This document shows, one piece after another, positions 24,011 to 34,389 of a stretch of 41,273 nucleotides of DNA. Every line of letters starts with the position of its first letter. Position 1 is the stretch's first letter. A model generated the notes under the pieces. It did no database searches. It saw only the letters and a program-made list of their open reading frames with translations, and was not told the origin of the DNA. The position numbers were made by a program, and so were the translations under genes. Source of the DNA: a virus; the IMG/VR virus record IMGVR_UViG_3300028584_000124, positions 1-41,273 of that record. The stretch is one strand, 5' to 3'.

Positions 24011-24604
24011 ATGATCCCAACCAGTCCCACCACCGAGCTGGACGCGGTAAACGCCATGCTCTCCGTCATCGACGAACTGCCGGTGACCAGCCTGGCTGCG
24101 GCCGAAGAGAACGCCGATGTTGAGCTGGCCCTGCAAATCCTCCGCAGCGCCACCCGCGCTGTGCAGATCACCGGCTGGCAGTTCAACACCGAAGAGAACG
24201 TGCTGCTCACCCGCGCCGGGGACAACACCATCTCGCTGCCCGCCAACGCCGTGAAGTGCGTCAAGGCCCCAGCCGCCTCTGGCCAGGACAGCGTGCGCTT
24301 CGCCATCCGTGGCCAGAAGCTGTTCAACCGGGACACCAACACGTTCGTGTGGACCCAGGACATCCGCTGCGACGTCACGGTCCTGCTGGCGTTTGAGGAC
24401 CTCCCCGAGCCCGTCCGCAACTACCTTGCTGAGAAGTCAGGCGACCGCTTCCAGAAGCGTGCGCTGGGTTCGGACACCCTCGCCATGTTCACCCGTGACG
24501 ACGTTGCCGATGCCCTAGTGATCCTCGCGGACTACGAGCTGGAGGCCGGGAACTATAACTTCCTGACCAGCCCCGATGTCGTCGATGGGTGGGCCATCCG
24601 ATGA
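24011..24604 (+). CDS. tail tubular protein A, T7 gp11-like
   Basis: TELDAVNAMLSVIDELPVTSL, GWQFNTEEN and LPEPVRNYLAEKSGDRFQKR parallel T7 gp11 [30 protein letters not shown] and [20 protein letters not shown]. Confidence 0.9.
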   Translation: MIPTSPTTELDAVNAMLSVIDELPVTSLAAAEENADVELALQILRSATRAVQITGWQFNTEENVLLTRAGDNTISLPANAVKCVKAPAASGQDSVRFAIRGQKLFNRDTNTFVWTQDIRCDVTVLLAFEDLPEPVRNYLAEKSGDRFQKRALGSDTLAMFTRDDVADALVILADYELEAGNYNFLTSPDVVDGWAIR

Positions 24605-25566
24605 GCCTCATCACCCAGGACATCCCCACCCTGACGAATGGGGTGAGCCAGCAGCCGGACGTGCTTCGGCTCCCCTCCCAGGCCAACGGCCAGTTGAACT
24701 GCCAGTCCTCGGTGATCTACGGGCTGACCCGCCGCGCTCCTACGCGCCACATTGCGAAGGTCAGCGATGGCTCTTTCGATAGCGCCTTCTTCCACATCAT
24801 CAACCGGGACAGCACCGAGCGCTACGCAGTGGTCATCACGGACGGCGACATCAAGGCCTTCGACCTGATCACCGGAGTAGCCCGCCTCGTGGATGCCCCG
24901 CTGGGGAAGGCCTACCTCACCGCCTCAAACCCGCGCGCCAGCTTCAAGGCCGTAACCGCCGCCGACTACACCTTCATCGTCAACCGCTCGTCCATTGCCG
25001 GGATGACCGCCGAGACCAGCCCGGCCGTCCTCCCGGAGGCCCTGCTCTCGTTCTATGCGGTCCAGTATAAGGAGCGGTTCGTTGTCTCCTTGGACGGCGT
25101 GAGCTGCACCTTCAATGTGCCCGGCTCCGCTACGGTAAGCGGGGCCTCAAACACCGAGGTCCTCAACACCAACGACACTGCCGCCGCCGTCCACAGCCTC
25201 CTGCTGACCACCTTCCCCACGGGCTGGACCTTCACCCTCTCCGGGTCGAACGTCATGATCCGCAGGGCTGACGGCGCGGACTTCACCATCAAGACCGAAG
25301 ACAGCGCTGGGGGCACGCACCTCAAAGCCCACAAGGGCGTGGTGCAGAACTTCACTGATCTCCCGAAGACCGGCATCGACGGCTTCAAGATCAAGGTGAT
25401 TGGAACCCCGTCCGACCCCGGCGCTGACTACTGGGTCCAGTACCAAGTCACCACCGCCCCAGCGCCCGTTGTCGAGCAGCCCACCGGCAGTAACCCCGGC
25501 ACGGAACCGCCGGTCTACACTGGCAAGCCGTGGCTGAACGACGGCGAGTTCTACCGCGTCCTGTAA
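24601..25566 (+). CDS. tail tubular protein B, N-terminal part (T7 gp12 residues ~1-290 equivalent)
   Basis: ATGA overlap with gp11. SLITQDIPTLTNGVSQQPDVLR, HIINRDSTERYAVVITDGDIKAFDL and VTAADYTFIVNR match T7 gp12. It ends at TAA 25564..25566. Confidence 0.9.
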   Translation: MSLITQDIPTLTNGVSQQPDVLRLPSQANGQLNCQSSVIYGLTRRAPTRHIAKVSDGSFDSAFFHIINRDSTERYAVVITDGDIKAFDLITGVARLVDAPLGKAYLTASNPRASFKAVTAADYTFIVNRSSIAGMTAETSPAVLPEALLSFYAVQYKERFVVSLDGVSCTFNVPGSATVSGASNTEVLNTNDTAAAVHSLLLTTFPTGWTFTLSGSNVMIRRADGADFTIKTEDSAGGTHLKAHKGVVQNFTDLPKTGIDGFKIKVIGTPSDPGADYWVQYQVTTAPAPVVEQPTGSNPGTEPPVYTGKPWLNDGEFYRVL

Positions 25567-25587
25567 CCTTCACTAGGAGACCACACA

Positions 25588-27237
25588 ATGGCTGACATTC
25601 AGTCCTCTGGCGGTTGGGTGGAGGTCGTTGCGCCGGGTATCAAGACCACGCTCGACGCCTCCACTATGCCGCATCAACTCATCTCCAAGGCCGACGGTAC
25701 GTTCACCTTCGAGCCCGTCTCCTGGGAGAAGCGGGAAGTAGGCGATGACGTGACCAACCCGGTTCCGTCCTTCGTCGGCAACCGCATCAACGACGTGTTC
25801 TTCACGCGCAACAGGCTTGGCTTCCTCACCTCTGAAAACGTGGTGATGTCCAGGGCCGGTGGCGCGTACTTCAACTTCAGCCGGGAGACGGTGACCGATG
25901 TCCTCGACACTGACCCCATCGACCTGGCAGCTGACGAAGGGTCCCTGTCGGTCCTGACGGAGGCCATCCCGTTCAACGAGGACATCGTCGTCTTCTCGCC
26001 CACTACCCAGTTCCGCTTCACCTCCGGGGATGAGCCTTTCACCGCGAGGAGCGTCAAGATGCGCTCGGTCTCCCGCTACGAGAACTACTCGCCGTGTGCC
26101 CCCGTGGCCTCTGGCACCTCGATCCACTTCGCGACGAGCCACGGGTCCTACGGCGGCATCTCCGAGTTCAGGATTGCCGGTCCAAACGCCCAGGCCCAGG
26201 ACCTCACCGAGCATGTCCCCCGCTACATCCCCGGCAACATCCGCAAGATACTGACGTGCGATCCGGAGAACATGCTGGTGGCCCTGTCGGACTACGACTT
26301 GGGGGCCATCTACGTCTACTCATCGTACTCTCGGGGAGAGGAACGCCTCCAGGCCTCGTGGTCTCGATGGGCATTTGGCCCCAACGACCGGGTCCTCGAC
26401 GCTGCCATCCTGTCGTCAGACTTGGTGCTCCTCATCCAGCGCCCTGACGGCCTGTATCTGGAGACGCTGACCCTGGCTACAGGCATCGCGGACGCGAGTA
26501 GCAACTGCATGATCCATTTGGATCGGCGTCTGGTGGAGAGCGTCCTTGCGCGGACCTACTTCCCCGGCACGAACCAGACCTACGTCTCAATCCCGTGGGA
26601 ATGGCATGGCGACACGGAGAGGCCTCTGGAGGTCTGGGAGCGCCTACCTCCCGGAGAGACCCGCAACCCGGTCAAGCTGAACCACACGATGATCGCCCCA
26701 ACGATGGTGGCGGTGGACGGCGATGTGACGGACACCCAGTTCTTCATCGGCGCGGCCTACGACAGCGCCTACACCTTCTCGACGCAGTACCTGCGGGACG
26801 ACAAGGGTTCGCGCACCGACGGGCGGCTCCAGATGCGGCGCTTCCACGCACAGTACGCGAGAACCGGGAAGTTCTCCGCCCTCGTGGCATACACACGCAC
26901 AGCGCGGAACATCTCCGGCGGCGGAGCCACCCCGACCGGGCTGCTCCTAGTCGATGACGGGATATTCCTCACAGAGCCACTCTCCGGCCTCTGGGTGGAC
27001 TTCGCGAGCACCGGGTCGGACGACTTCACGCTCTCGCTGGGCGTTGCCGCCGGGACGAAGGTGCGGAGTTACTCCCTGCCCAACGACAGGGTGAACGCTT
27101 CCGGCAGGTTTACGTGGCCCATCCACGCCAAGGCGGACAGCGTGAGCGTCTCCATCCGCTCCTCCGGTGCCCTGCCCTTCGCGATCCTGTCCGCAGGATG
27201 GGAAGCTGGGTTCACTGCCCGCGCCCAGAAGGTCTAG
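25588..27237 (+). CDS. tail tubular protein B, C-terminal part (T7 gp12 residues ~300-794 equivalent)
   Basis: AGGAG lies 8 nt before ATG 25588. TMPHQL, NPVPSFVGNRINDVFFTRNRLGFLTSENVVMSR, YFNF, DPIDL, HVPRYIPGN and SWSRWAFG match T7 gp12. The frame is the same as the N-terminal part. Confidence 0.9.
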   Translation: MADIQSSGGWVEVVAPGIKTTLDASTMPHQLISKADGTFTFEPVSWEKREVGDDVTNPVPSFVGNRINDVFFTRNRLGFLTSENVVMSRAGGAYFNFSRETVTDVLDTDPIDLAADEGSLSVLTEAIPFNEDIVVFSPTTQFRFTSGDEPFTARSVKMRSVSRYENYSPCAPVASGTSIHFATSHGSYGGISEFRIAGPNAQAQDLTEHVPRYIPGNIRKILTCDPENMLVALSDYDLGAIYVYSSYSRGEERLQASWSRWAFGPNDRVLDAAILSSDLVLLIQRPDGLYLETLTLATGIADASSNCMIHLDRRLVESVLARTYFPGTNQTYVSIPWEWHGDTERPLEVWERLPPGETRNPVKLNHTMIAPTMVAVDGDVTDTQFFIGAAYDSAYTFSTQYLRDDKGSRTDGRLQMRRFHAQYARTGKFSALVAYTRTARNISGGGATPTGLLLVDDGIFLTEPLSGLWVDFASTGSDDFTLSLGVAAGTKVRSYSLPNDRVNASGRFTWPIHAKADSVSVSIRSSGALPFAILSAGWEAGFTARAQKV

Positions 27238-27702
27238 GTGCTCACCTTCGCGGTGGCCACCCCGGACCACCTAGCGTCCCTCTTGCCGAACCTACGGCCG
27301 GAGGACGTCCGAGAGCTTGTCTCCAGCACTGGCCATGGCCCCGCCACCGCCCTGATCCACTCGCTGTCCCTCTCAGAGATCACCGTGGTGGCCCTGGGAG
27401 AGGCGCAGGAGGTGGTCGCCATGTTCGGCCTGGCAGCTGCCAGCGAAACCACTGGCGTGCCCTGGATGGTGGCCTCTACCGCCGCCCCTGCCCACGCCCG
27501 AGACATCGCCCGCCACAGCCGTCCAATCGCTGACCGCATGAACGCTCGCTACCCGCTCCTCGTGAACGCCGCTGACTGCAGGAACTCCCTGCACATCCGG
27601 TGGCTCACCTGGGCGGGCTTTGAGCTGGGCGAGGTGACCACTGAACACGCCGCAGACGGCAGCCCATTCATCACTTTCCACAGGAGCCGCACGCATGTGT
27701 GA
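27238..27702 (+). CDS. internal virion protein A (gp13 position)
   Basis: The GTG start abuts the upstream TAG. 154 aa. Size and position match T7 gp13. The call is by position only. Confidence 0.5.
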   Translation: MLTFAVATPDHLASLLPNLRPEDVRELVSSTGHGPATALIHSLSLSEITVVALGEAQEVVAMFGLAAASETTGVPWMVASTAAPAHARDIARHSRPIADRMNARYPLLVNAADCRNSLHIRWLTWAGFELGEVTTEHAADGSPFITFHRSRTHV

Positions 27703-28258
27703 ACCCGCCACTATCATGGCTGGGCTGACTGCTGTCGGCAGCGCCCTGTCTTCCACTGCTGGCGTGGCCGCCCTGACCATCGGGTCCGCCGCAATGACGG
27801 GCATCGGCCAGGTCCAGCAGTACCAAGACGCCAAGTATAACGCCAAGGCCCAGCGGAGTGCGGCCCTAGCCGCCTTCGAGGGAGACACGGCGGCGATCAC
27901 CAACCGCCAGCTCCAAGAGGGGCAGTCCGCGTCTCAGCGCCTCAACGAGCAGCAAAGCGAGTTCCGCGCTGCCCGCGCCTCCGCCATCGTCAACGCCGAG
28001 GATGCCGGGGTGACCGGCCTGTCCGTCGATGCGCTGCTGAATGACCTCACCGGACAGCAAGCCAAGCGCACGAAGGCCACCAACCAGAACCTGCAGATGG
28101 CCATTGCGCAGCTGCAAGAGCAGAAGGGCGGGGCGGGCGTGCAACTCGCCAGCCGCACCAACGCCGCCCGCAGCCCCTCCATGTCCAGCCTGATGATCGG
28201 CCTGGGCGGGACCGCGCTGGACGCTGCCAACAGCTACACCAAGCGCACCAAACCCTAG
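27695..28258 (+). CDS. internal virion protein B (gp14-like)
   Basis: 187 aa with a hydrophobic N-terminus, then a Q/A-rich coiled coil, as in gp14-type proteins. The position is conserved. Confidence 0.6.
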   Translation: MCEPATIMAGLTAVGSALSSTAGVAALTIGSAAMTGIGQVQQYQDAKYNAKAQRSAALAAFEGDTAAITNRQLQEGQSASQRLNEQQSEFRAARASAIVNAEDAGVTGLSVDALLNDLTGQQAKRTKATNQNLQMAIAQLQEQKGGAGVQLASRTNAARSPSMSSLMIGLGGTALDAANSYTKRTKP

Positions 28259-28267
28259 GAGATCGCC

Positions 28268-30409
28268 ATGGCGCGACAGCCCAACTCCCTATCGCCCGCC
28301 GAGCGCCTCCAGCCCCAAGCCGCCCCCACACAGTCCTATGTGGACCCTGGCGAGCAGACCGGCGGTGCGTCTCTTCTCCGCGCTCTCAGCTCCGTGAACC
28401 CTGCCCTTGGCCAGCTGGCCGACCGCATGGCCCAGACGAACCGCGAGAAGCAGGAGGCCCTGGTCGAGGGCAAGATCGGCGGGATGACCTTTGACCAGTT
28501 CAAGGCAGCCCGCACTGCAGACCCCACTCTCGGCTTCACCGGGGCGTGGGCGCGGGCTGCCCTCGACAAGCAGTTCGGGATGCGCCTGGGCCACGAGGTC
28601 CGTCGCAAGGCCGAGACCGAGCTGGCCACCGCAGACCTCACCGAGACCAACCCCGAAGAGTTCGTGGCGCGGCACATGGAGGAGGCTGCGGGTCAGCTCG
28701 GTGACAGCAAGTTCGCTGCCAGCGGCTTCCGCGAGACCACCGCCCAACTGCTGGACAAGACCCGCGACGCCGTCAACGCCAAGCGCGTAGTGGCCACGGT
28801 CGAGACCCGCAACGACAACGCCTCCCAGAACTTCCTCGGGGCGGTTGAGAAGGCCGAAGCCGACGGCCTGACCCCGCAGCAGCTGGTGGCCAACCTCCGC
28901 GCCCAGCAGCAGCAGAACAGGGACGCCCTCCAGATTGGCTACCCAGAGCAGGACAAGCTGATGGAAGGCGTCCTCGCGACGCTCGCCCAGCGGCCTGGCA
29001 TGGAGGGCTACATTGCCGAGATCGGTAAGATGGACCGGGGCGGCGTCAAGCTGTCCACCCAGCTTGGTCCGCGCTTCGAGGCCTTCACCACCGCTGCCGA
29101 GGCCAAGAGCCTGGAGACCCAGAAGGAGGGTCTGCAGAGCGACATCGCCCGGTGGACACTAGCGGCCGACGAAGGGACCCTCGACGAGAAGGCTCTGGAC
29201 GCTGCCATAGCGAAGTACCCCAAGATACTGGGCGGTTCCTACGGGGCCAACTTCAAGATCAGGAACAAGAACGCGCGCGAGCAGCAGCTGGCCCAGGCCA
29301 CCGCCGCCCTCCAGTCGCAAGGCAAGGAGGTCGTGATGGCCAAGTATGAGCCGGACCTCGTGTCCGCTGCCATGCAAGGCCGGATCGCCGAGGTGCAGGA
29401 CATCACCGAAGACGTCGCCGGGAAGACCATCGACATCTCCCGGAAAGACGCCAAGGACCACGGGCTGAAGCTGGCAGCTGCCCAGCTCACCCGTGACGGC
29501 ACTGCCCAAGGTCTGCCCCCCGAGCGTGTCCGCGCCAACGTCGTCGAGATGTACGGCCGGAACGGTGAGATCGACCCAGACACCGAGGCCCGTATCAGCG
29601 CCCTGCTCCACGGAACCGCGCCTGGTGGGGACACCCCGGCCTCCGTCCTGAACTACCTCCCCGAGCTGGCCCTCGTGTCCCAGGTTGCCCCACACATGGT
29701 GGAACGCATCGTGGGCAATGAGACCGACCGCCTGTTCATCGACACGATCACCACCGGCATGGAACTCGGCAACGACCCGAAGACCGCCATGGCCACCGCC
29801 GTCTGGCGTCGGGACAACAAGGCGCTGATCAAGATGCCGTCCGGCAGTCCCCGCACCAAGATGGTCGCGGAGATGATCGACGGCATTGATGGCGGTGGCT
29901 GGGGCGGACAGTCGAAGGTGGCCAACCCTGGGCTGCTGAAGAACTTCGTCGAGGATCGCCTGGACTACTTCTACGCCACCGGGGCCACCGGCAGCGTCCT
30001 CAAGAAGAAGGTCGAGGAGAGCTTCCTCCGCACCCACGTCAACCTCAACGGCCAGCTCATCGACGTGAGCGGAACCGGCGTCACGCCCTTCAAGGCGGCT
30101 CCGGTCCTGCAAAGCGCATCGGACGCCATCTCCCGCGCCCGCCCCGAGCTGAAGGGCCAGAAGGTCACCTTCATCCCTATGGGTCGGGGCTCTGACCGCT
30201 TCCAGGCCGTGACGATCACCGGGCTGCCCATCCCCGGAACCACCCGGACCTGGGCCGAGATGGCCGACCAAGCAGAGCGCGACCGCACCGCCTCCGTCCT
30301 CACCAAGGGGAAGGCCAAGGCGGGCCTCCGCGCCTTCCAGAACGAACGTGCTGCCTCCGAAGACTACGGGGCAGGTGCCCCCGGCTCGATGATCGACGCC
30401 ATTAAATAG
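28268..30409 (+). CDS. internal virion protein C (gp15-like)
   Basis: AGGAG RBS. 713 aa helical protein in the gp15 position (T7 gp15 is 747 aa). Confidence 0.7.
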   Translation: MARQPNSLSPAERLQPQAAPTQSYVDPGEQTGGASLLRALSSVNPALGQLADRMAQTNREKQEALVEGKIGGMTFDQFKAARTADPTLGFTGAWARAALDKQFGMRLGHEVRRKAETELATADLTETNPEEFVARHMEEAAGQLGDSKFAASGFRETTAQLLDKTRDAVNAKRVVATVETRNDNASQNFLGAVEKAEADGLTPQQLVANLRAQQQQNRDALQIGYPEQDKLMEGVLATLAQRPGMEGYIAEIGKMDRGGVKLSTQLGPRFEAFTTAAEAKSLETQKEGLQSDIARWTLAADEGTLDEKALDAAIAKYPKILGGSYGANFKIRNKNAREQQLAQATAALQSQGKEVVMAKYEPDLVSAAMQGRIAEVQDITEDVAGKTIDISRKDAKDHGLKLAAAQLTRDGTAQGLPPERVRANVVEMYGRNGEIDPDTEARISALLHGTAPGGDTPASVLNYLPELALVSQVAPHMVERIVGNETDRLFIDTITTGMELGNDPKTAMATAVWRRDNKALIKMPSGSPRTKMVAEMIDGIDGGGWGGQSKVANPGLLKNFVEDRLDYFYATGATGSVLKKKVEESFLRTHVNLNGQLIDVSGTGVTPFKAAPVLQSASDAISRARPELKGQKVTFIPMGRGSDRFQAVTITGLPIPGTTRTWAEMADQAERDRTASVLTKGKAKAGLRAFQNERAASEDYGAGAPGSMIDAIK

Positions 30410-30417
30410 GACAGCCA

Positions 30418-33400
30418 ATGCCGACCAAAGGATACGACACGGCCCCCTCGACTGTGAGGGAGGCCCTAACCGACGCTGCCCGCCAGACGGGTGTCGCGGA
30501 AGACTTGCTGATCAGCATTGTCGGACGTGAGAGCCGCTTCAACCCCTACGCGGCGAACCCGAAGTCCACCGCCCAAGGGCTGGGCCAGCACCTCGACAGC
30601 ACCTGGCAGGAGATCACCAAGAGCGCGGGCAAGCGGTACGGCATCACCGCCGAGACATCTCGCTTCGACCCGCGCGCCTCCGCCCTGATGACCGCCGAGC
30701 TGGCCAAGTCCAACGCTGCCAGCCTCAAGCGTGCCCTAGGCCGTGACGCCGCCCCCGGCGAGCTGTACGCGGCTCACTTCCTTGGTGCCGGTGGTGCTGC
30801 GGAGATGATCAAGGCGGCCACCAAGAACCCTACCGCAGCTGCAGCTGATCTCTTCGCTGATGCCGCCGCCTCCAACCGCTCCATCTTCTACGATGACAAG
30901 GGCGGCAAGCGGTCCATGCGGGACGTCCTGAAGGGCCTCACTGACACCGTCGGCGGAGCCCCTGGAGTGGCCACACAGGGCTTCTCCGCGAAGAACATCT
31001 ACGAGGTGCCGACCGACCCTTCCGCCCCTCCACCGCCCCCCAAGCGCGGCTGGATGGAGGACACCTGGGACAACTTCACGAAGGCCGCCGAGCAAGAGCA
31101 GAGCCAGGTCCTCGTGACCCAGTTCCTCATGCGCCAAGGCGATGCCTCGCTGGCACCTGATGCTAACTTCCGGTGGACGCCGGAGCTGGTCAAAGAGAAG
31201 ACCGCCGAGCTGCCCCAGGAGATGGCCGAGTGGGTCGTCGAGAACGCCCACAGCGAGGCGCACATCGACAGCCTGGTGAAGCGCGCCCAGCGGTCTGCCC
31301 AGAACGAAGAGGACCTGAACGCTCTCGGCTTCGCTGAGAACCTCGGCCTCCGGGGCGCTGCGCTCCTGACTGACATCCCCACGTGGTTCCTCGGAGCAGG
31401 TGCGGCTAAGGTCGCAGGTGGCGCGAAGCTGGGGCGGCTCGCCCTGGCTGGACGCGCTGGTCTCATTGCCATGGCGGAGAACGTCCCGGTGGAAGGCCTG
31501 AAGGCCGCGCTCCGTCCTGACTACGGGATCGACGATGCGCTGCTCGGGACGGCCACCTCCTTCGCCTTCGGGGCTGGCTTCGGTGCCCTCGGCAAGAGCG
31601 GCAAGGACCTGGACAATGCGTTCCAGGCCGAAGCTGCCGGTGCTGAGAAGCACGTCATGCAGAAGAACGGCACCCTGACCCCCGAGGGGGAGGCCTACTA
31701 CGCGGCCATGGGCGTCCCTGGACCCCAAGTCCCACGCAAGGGCACTTCCGGTGGCGCTGCGGCTTCCCCCCTTCCTGACGGTCCTGACGGTATCGGCAAG
31801 GCGCGCTTCAGCGTCATGGGCGGCCTCAAGAAGTCCCCGTCCTACGAAGTCCGCGATCTGGCCGACCGGCTGGACAATGACGTCGTGGGCGATGGGGGCT
31901 CCTCCATCCGTGGTGGCGAGACGGCCTTCGAGTATATGCGCCGGGTCGGTGAGGCCGGTGAGGCGTTCGTCGCCCGCCAGCATGAAGACGCCTGGGAGGA
32001 CTACGCCAAGCGCAACGGCATCGTGGGGGCCAAGAAGATCGGCCACGCCCGTGACCAGTTCGGCCGGGACGTTGGGCGTCAAATCCTCAACCCCGATCAC
32101 AGCACTGACCCCGCCGTGATCAAGGCCGCTGGTGCCCACTCGGAGCTGTTCAACACGCTGCTCCAGCGGGCCAAGGCTGAAGGCGCGGAGTGGGCTCAAG
32201 AGGTCGAGCCGAACCCTCACTATATGCCGATGGTCTTCCACAAGGAGAACATCCGCAGGGCTCTCGAAGCCCACGGTGAGGACGGCGTGGTGTCTGTGGT
32301 GGCCAAGGCCTTCAAGGCTGCCAATCCCAAGATGGCCGACGACCTGGCACAGCGTGTCGCCGCCAAGTATTTCCGCACCGTCCAGCACGCTGTGGAAGGC
32401 TGGGGCGGTGCTCGCACCAACGCCCTGTCCGGCCTGGACACTGACGAGCTGCTGGACCTGATGATCCAACAGGGTCTCAAGCAGGAGGACGCCGAGGCGT
32501 TCATCGCCGCCAACAAGGGAACCGCCGTCAAAGGTGGCCCGAAGAACTTCCGCAAGAAGGCCGTCCTGGCTGACCTGACGAAGTTCCTCCCCGAGGGCGG
32601 CGAGCCCGGCTCCGAGTTCTCCATCCGGGACCTCACCGAGCTGAACGCCGAGAAGGTCAGCCGCCAGTATAACCGCACGATCTCCGGCCACGTCGCCATG
32701 GTGCGGGCTGGGTTCAAGACGTTTGGGGACTTCGAGAAGTCTGTGGAGGCTGCGACCGTGAAAGCGGCCAACGGCCTCAACGGCATGACGGACACCGTCG
32801 CTCGGAAGAACCAGTCCGCGCTGATGTACCTCGGCAAGCAGGTGTACGGCATCCCAGTCATTGACACGAACGACGTCAGGGCTGTGCAGCGCGCCCGCTT
32901 CGCGTCCATCCTGGGGAACTATAACTTCTCCACGATGATGGGCCAGTCGGGCATCGCCCAGTTCGGCGACATCCCCAAGATCATGCTCAAGACCAGCATG
33001 GAGGCGTCCTTCCGCGCCTTCAAGATGGGTGACGTCTTTGGCGTCCTCGCGAAGGGTGGCAAGGGTGCGGACGAGCTGGGGCGTGATCTGGAAGTGATGA
33101 CCGGGGTGGGAACCAACCGCGCCCGCAACAGCGTAGTGGCGCACTTCGAGGACATCGAAGACTGCTATCAAGACGAAGGTGCCGCCACGGCCCTGGAGCG
33201 CGCACAGCGCCTGGGGAAGTCTGCCGCCAACGTCACCGCCATGGTGTCCGGCATGACCCCCGTCACGGACTTCCTGGGGCGGTGGGCAGTGCGGTCGCAT
33301 ATGCAGCACCTTGCTGACGTCGTGACCGGCGCGAAGAAGGTGGACAAGAAGGTCCTCTACGACATGGGCCTTGGGCCGCAGGAGATCGCGCGCTTCAAGA

Positions 33401-34140
33401 CCCTGGTCGAGAAGATGGACCTGGCCCCCAACGGGGTCGTGCGCGGCATGAACCGGGCCAAGCTGATGGAGACGGACCCGACCGGGTACGACCTCCTGGC
33501 TGGCTACCTGTCACGCCAAGCCCGCACCACGGTGCTGGAGACGTCGCCGGGGATGCTGCCGCAGCTGATGGGCGATCCCATGATGCGCCTGTTCCTGCAG
33601 TTCCGCTCCTTCTCCATGGCGTCTCACGAGGCCAACACGCTCCACAATCTGAAGATGGGCAACGCCTACGCGGCGAAGTCCTTCCTCGTGAGCGGTGCGT
33701 GGGCCACGGCGGTCTATGCCACACATACCTACACCAAGAGCATCGGGCGGCCGGACGCGGAGGAGTACCGGGAGAAGGCCCTGAACCCCGCCACGGTCGT
33801 CACGAACGGCTTCCTGACGCGCTCCGCAGACAGCGGCATCATCGCCTCGGTCATTGGCACCGGATGGGACTTCACGCTGGCCCCGGCTGGCGTAGACAAC
33901 CCCCTGAACCAGGGCCGCACCACCGGCCTGGAGAGCGGGCTGAAGGGCATACCCACCGTCGCCACCGGCCTCGCCGTAGGTACCGCCCTGCAGCAAGCCG
34001 TCAAGGACACCTTCACTGACAGCCGCATGACACAGGCAGACGTTGCCCGGTGGCAGCGGCTGGTCCCCCTCAACAACACCTATGGCGTGGCGAACGCGCT
34101 TAAAGCGTTCACCGGCCTGTTCCCTGAAGAAGAAAACTAA
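30418..34140 (+). CDS. internal virion protein D (gp16-like) with N-terminal lytic transglycosylase domain
   Basis: 1240 aa. The SLT-type motif is LISIVGRESRFNPYAANPKSTAQGLGQHLDSTW ... AAHFLG. Size and position match T7 gp16. Confidence 0.85.
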   Translation: MPTKGYDTAPSTVREALTDAARQTGVAEDLLISIVGRESRFNPYAANPKSTAQGLGQHLDSTWQEITKSAGKRYGITAETSRFDPRASALMTAELAKSNAASLKRALGRDAAPGELYAAHFLGAGGAAEMIKAATKNPTAAAADLFADAAASNRSIFYDDKGGKRSMRDVLKGLTDTVGGAPGVATQGFSAKNIYEVPTDPSAPPPPPKRGWMEDTWDNFTKAAEQEQSQVLVTQFLMRQGDASLAPDANFRWTPELVKEKTAELPQEMAEWVVENAHSEAHIDSLVKRAQRSAQNEEDLNALGFAENLGLRGAALLTDIPTWFLGAGAAKVAGGAKLGRLALAGRAGLIAMAENVPVEGLKAALRPDYGIDDALLGTATSFAFGAGFGALGKSGKDLDNAFQAEAAGAEKHVMQKNGTLTPEGEAYYAAMGVPGPQVPRKGTSGGAAASPLPDGPDGIGKARFSVMGGLKKSPSYEVRDLADRLDNDVVGDGGSSIRGGETAFEYMRRVGEAGEAFVARQHEDAWEDYAKRNGIVGAKKIGHARDQFGRDVGRQILNPDHSTDPAVIKAAGAHSELFNTLLQRAKAEGAEWAQEVEPNPHYMPMVFHKENIRRALEAHGEDGVVSVVAKAFKAANPKMADDLAQRVAAKYFRTVQHAVEGWGGARTNALSGLDTDELLDLMIQQGLKQEDAEAFIAANKGTAVKGGPKNFRKKAVLADLTKFLPEGGEPGSEFSIRDLTELNAEKVSRQYNRTISGHVAMVRAGFKTFGDFEKSVEAATVKAANGLNGMTDTVARKNQSALMYLGKQVYGIPVIDTNDVRAVQRARFASILGNYNFSTMMGQSGIAQFGDIPKIMLKTSMEASFRAFKMGDVFGVLAKGGKGADELGRDLEVMTGVGTNRARNSVVAHFEDIEDCYQDEGAATALERAQRLGKSAANVTAMVSGMTPVTDFLGRWAVRSHMQHLADVVTGAKKVDKKVLYDMGLGPQEIARFKTLVEKMDLAPNGVVRGMNRAKLMETDPTGYDLLAGYLSRQARTTVLETSPGMLPQLMGDPMMRLFLQFRSFSMASHEANTLHNLKMGNAYAAKSFLVSGAWATAVYATHTYTKSIGRPDAEEYREKALNPATVVTNGFLTRSADSGIIASVIGTGWDFTLAPAGVDNPLNQGRTTGLESGLKGIPTVATGLAVGTALQQAVKDTFTDSRMTQADVARWQRLVPLNNTYGVANALKAFTGLFPEEEN

Positions 34141-34388
34141 TGAGCAACGACCCGTCCATCACGTCGGAAGTCCTGATGGCTATTGGCCGTGTCGAGGGGC
34201 GCGTCGAGCAGTTCTTCGCGCACCAGTCCCGCCAAGACGAGCGCCTCAACAACCACGGGGAGCGCATCGTCAATCTGGAGAAGTGGCAGAGCCGAGCCCT
34301 TGGCTACCTCGCAGGGGGCGGCCTGGTCCTCGCGACTATCTGGGCCGCCGCCTCCGCCGCCATCGAACACTTCAAGATCGGAAGCTGA
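34140..34388 (+). CDS. small protein with C-terminal TM segment (holin/antiholin candidate, T7 gp17.5 position)
   Basis: TAATG overlap with gp16. An N-terminal charged helix is followed by LGYLAGGGLVLATIWAAASAAI. Confidence 0.5.
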   Translation: MSNDPSITSEVLMAIGRVEGRVEQFFAHQSRQDERLNNHGERIVNLEKWQSRALGYLAGGGLVLATIWAAASAAIEHFKIGS

Positions 34389-34389
34389 T

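Noticed and set aside
25564-25566. The phage tRNA might suppress the in-frame TAA that splits gp12.
   Set aside because: The tRNA anticodon is UAA, which reads the Leu codons UUA/UUG. An ochre suppressor would need anticodon UUA. Many other genes also terminate with TAA in ordinary contexts.
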